Of a stretch of 64,000 nucleotides of DNA, positions 61,912-64,000 are shown piece by piece. This stretch comes from Pseudogymnoascus verrucosus. Taxonomy: Eukaryota. How positions within the stretch are numbered: the first letter of the stretch is position 1; each line of letters opens with the position of its first letter. Below the pieces are notes generated by a model, which worked only from the letters and a program-made list of their open reading frames with translations, searched no databases and was not told the DNA's origin. The DNA lies in NCBI GenBank assembly GCA_001662655.1, contig KV460207.1; one strand, given 5' to 3'. The translations under genes and the position numbers were made by a program.

Positions 61912-64000
61912 TGTTTTTGTTTATTTTGTAGGTGGAGGGTATTTTCAGTTACTTGTAGTGCGTGTCGTCGTCAACTTCAATGAATGGAAGGGGATAGATT
62001 ATACAAGTTGAACCAGCGCGTCCAGACACGGATTGTATGTATAGAAGCAAGAAGGAAGTCCAAATAGAACGACAAGACAGGTTTTACTTATACCAACCAC
62101 ACCGTTAATCTACGCGGTTGCACATCCTCCCTCCCTTGCTCAGGGCACCACTCCCCAGCGCAACGTGACAACATCGGCGATCGTCGCGTTGTCCATCTTT
62201 GCGCTTTAGAGACAGTGTCTGTAAGGGGCCCGCCCGAGCCAAGACTCACACATATAGGGGGTTGGGTGGTAGGTTGTACCCGTCTTGGGACGAGAATGAT
62301 TTGAGGGCCTGGAAAGGCGGTTTTATCGTTTCGTGATGAGAGTTTGGGGAACGCAAGAGAAGAGGATACGAGATGGTGGTGGTACGGTGCCTGGATTATA
62401 TTTGGAGGAGGGCATGGAAGTGGAAGCGTGGGACGGCGGGTGTGGGTGATGGATGGGTGTGTGTGCGTCATTGTGGAGGTGGAGAGATGGGAGATGGGGA
62501 TGTGCATGATGGCTGTGATGGTGTGGGTTGGGTGGTGGTGCTACTATTATTGAGTATGGCGGCGGATGAGATGGGAGATGGTCAGGGGTTATGCACGTTT
62601 ATACGTTTATGCTATATAGTGCAAAAGGTAGGGAGGGCTACGGTGGTCGGGTTACACTTTAGTGGACCGAGGTGTTTGTTTTGTTCGTTTTGCTTGGATG
62701 GTTAGTATTTGTTATGATAGCTTAGAAAGGGGGTCTGTACTATAAACGCGGTTTGTTTACTTTATTTGGTAGGTGAGGTAAGTTCGTTCACGTCAGGGTC
62801 CAAGCCCCTTTTTTCCAGAATATGCACACCGTGTTATTATAGTAGAAGCGCATACACGCAATCAATAAACGTGCAGTAACAATGGAGGATTGCTCATTGT
62901 TCATCCTTTAATTGGAGACTTATGCAGTCAGCGACGGCGGACAGGTTTGCCTTGCCTTGCCTTGTTCGGTGCTTACTCTCCTTCTGGCATTCTGGCAGCC
63001 TTCTACCCCACTAGGCCAGGTTACTCCACTGGGAGCACTGGAGATTGGTCTATTTTTGGATCGCGGCTACGGCTACTTCTGTAAGGTTACGCCGTGCCTT
63101 GTGTTTCTTACTGTGGAGGGAGAGAGAGGGGGAAGGAAGGAGCTGATCAGGCAGAATGGCTAGTAATATCTAGTCTGGTGATATTTAGTTCGGTGAGTAG
63201 AGTAGTACTGTCGTATTTCCCTTGGTCTCATACTCAAATTGTAATGGCACAGTGTGAGCTGAAGCCATAGCTTCTTCAGCTGCCCCATACAGCTTCCCGT
63301 ACAGCACTGTCAGCACGGCAAGCACCCGACGGAGCCACACACACCCACTGTGCGTGCGTGCGCCGCGTCAACACCAAGACCTGCCTCCACAGAGTAGCAA
63401 ACGCTTGTATTTACGTAGTGGTTTATATATAGACATCTGCACATCACCGTAGGCCAATATATGCATTGCGCCTCGATATGACATCTATCTTCATCTCCAT
63501 GCGTTCTGGATATCCTGTCTCTCCCTATCGGTCCCGATCTGTCTGTTGCAGCTGTCTCGTCTATCCCCATCTGTCACCGTCTCCGTCTGTCTTGCATGTC
63601 TCTTAGATAGAAACAAGCCACAGAACCTCCCATGGACCCCTCTGTTGGACCCTATCTTTATCCCATACCCTTCTGCATTGCAGTATCACATCCCATTACC
63701 CACTTCTAGATACTCAGTAGATTAGAACTCAACAAATTAACAGCCGCGTTATTTATTATTCCCTGTCTCTTCCGCGTCAAGGGTCATCTCAAAAAGTAAG
63801 CAGGAGCGCACAGTAAACCACTAGACGGCTGACAGTGGAAGCGCGCACGTCCAAATTGGCTTTGCACAGCCTTACCCATCCCGCCCATCCCATCATCCAC
63901 CCCCCCCCCCCCTCATCACACTAAGGCGCAGACAGAGAGGAGACGTGCCACCACCGAAACAAACCTATCCTCTTGATTGAAATTGCACCTAACGCTGGGC

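Overview
Eukaryotic genomic DNA from a filamentous ascomycete, shown by GT-AG introns with CTAAC branch points. The C/G-homopolymer-rich style suggests a Leotiomycete such as Pseudogymnoascus, which is inference only. About 16 intron-containing protein genes are supported. The left part holds a 5'-truncated ankyrin-repeat protein, a REEP/Yop1-like protein, a CENP-B-type HTH protein, a PXA-domain protein and a large disordered protein. A compact housekeeping block follows (APC4, delta-COP, DUF2420-like acidic protein, NIPA Mg transporter, RPS3, myotubularin, PheRS-beta, PP2A A subunit, EFM4), then a Zn2Cys6 transcription factor and a small secreted Alt a 1-like protein. Four signals are most unusual. 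(1) The last intron of the PXA gene is 2,088 nt, against about 50-170 nt elsewhere, and is packed with hairpins whose G-U wobbles mostly favour the antisense (+) strand, making it a candidate ~1.6-kb nested structured ncRNA. (2) A ~5.4-kb degenerate tandem array (17.3-22.7 kb) has about 8 non-coding units, each with a TGTCAC cluster and mostly a TATA-like box. (3) An AT-rich island at ~32 kb carries about 11 spaced copies of GTCGTTCCTTCC plus an inverted copy, with related copies at 16.7 kb. (4) C-rich and G-rich blocks oscillate within genes. All family calls come from recognising motifs by eye; no database search was run.
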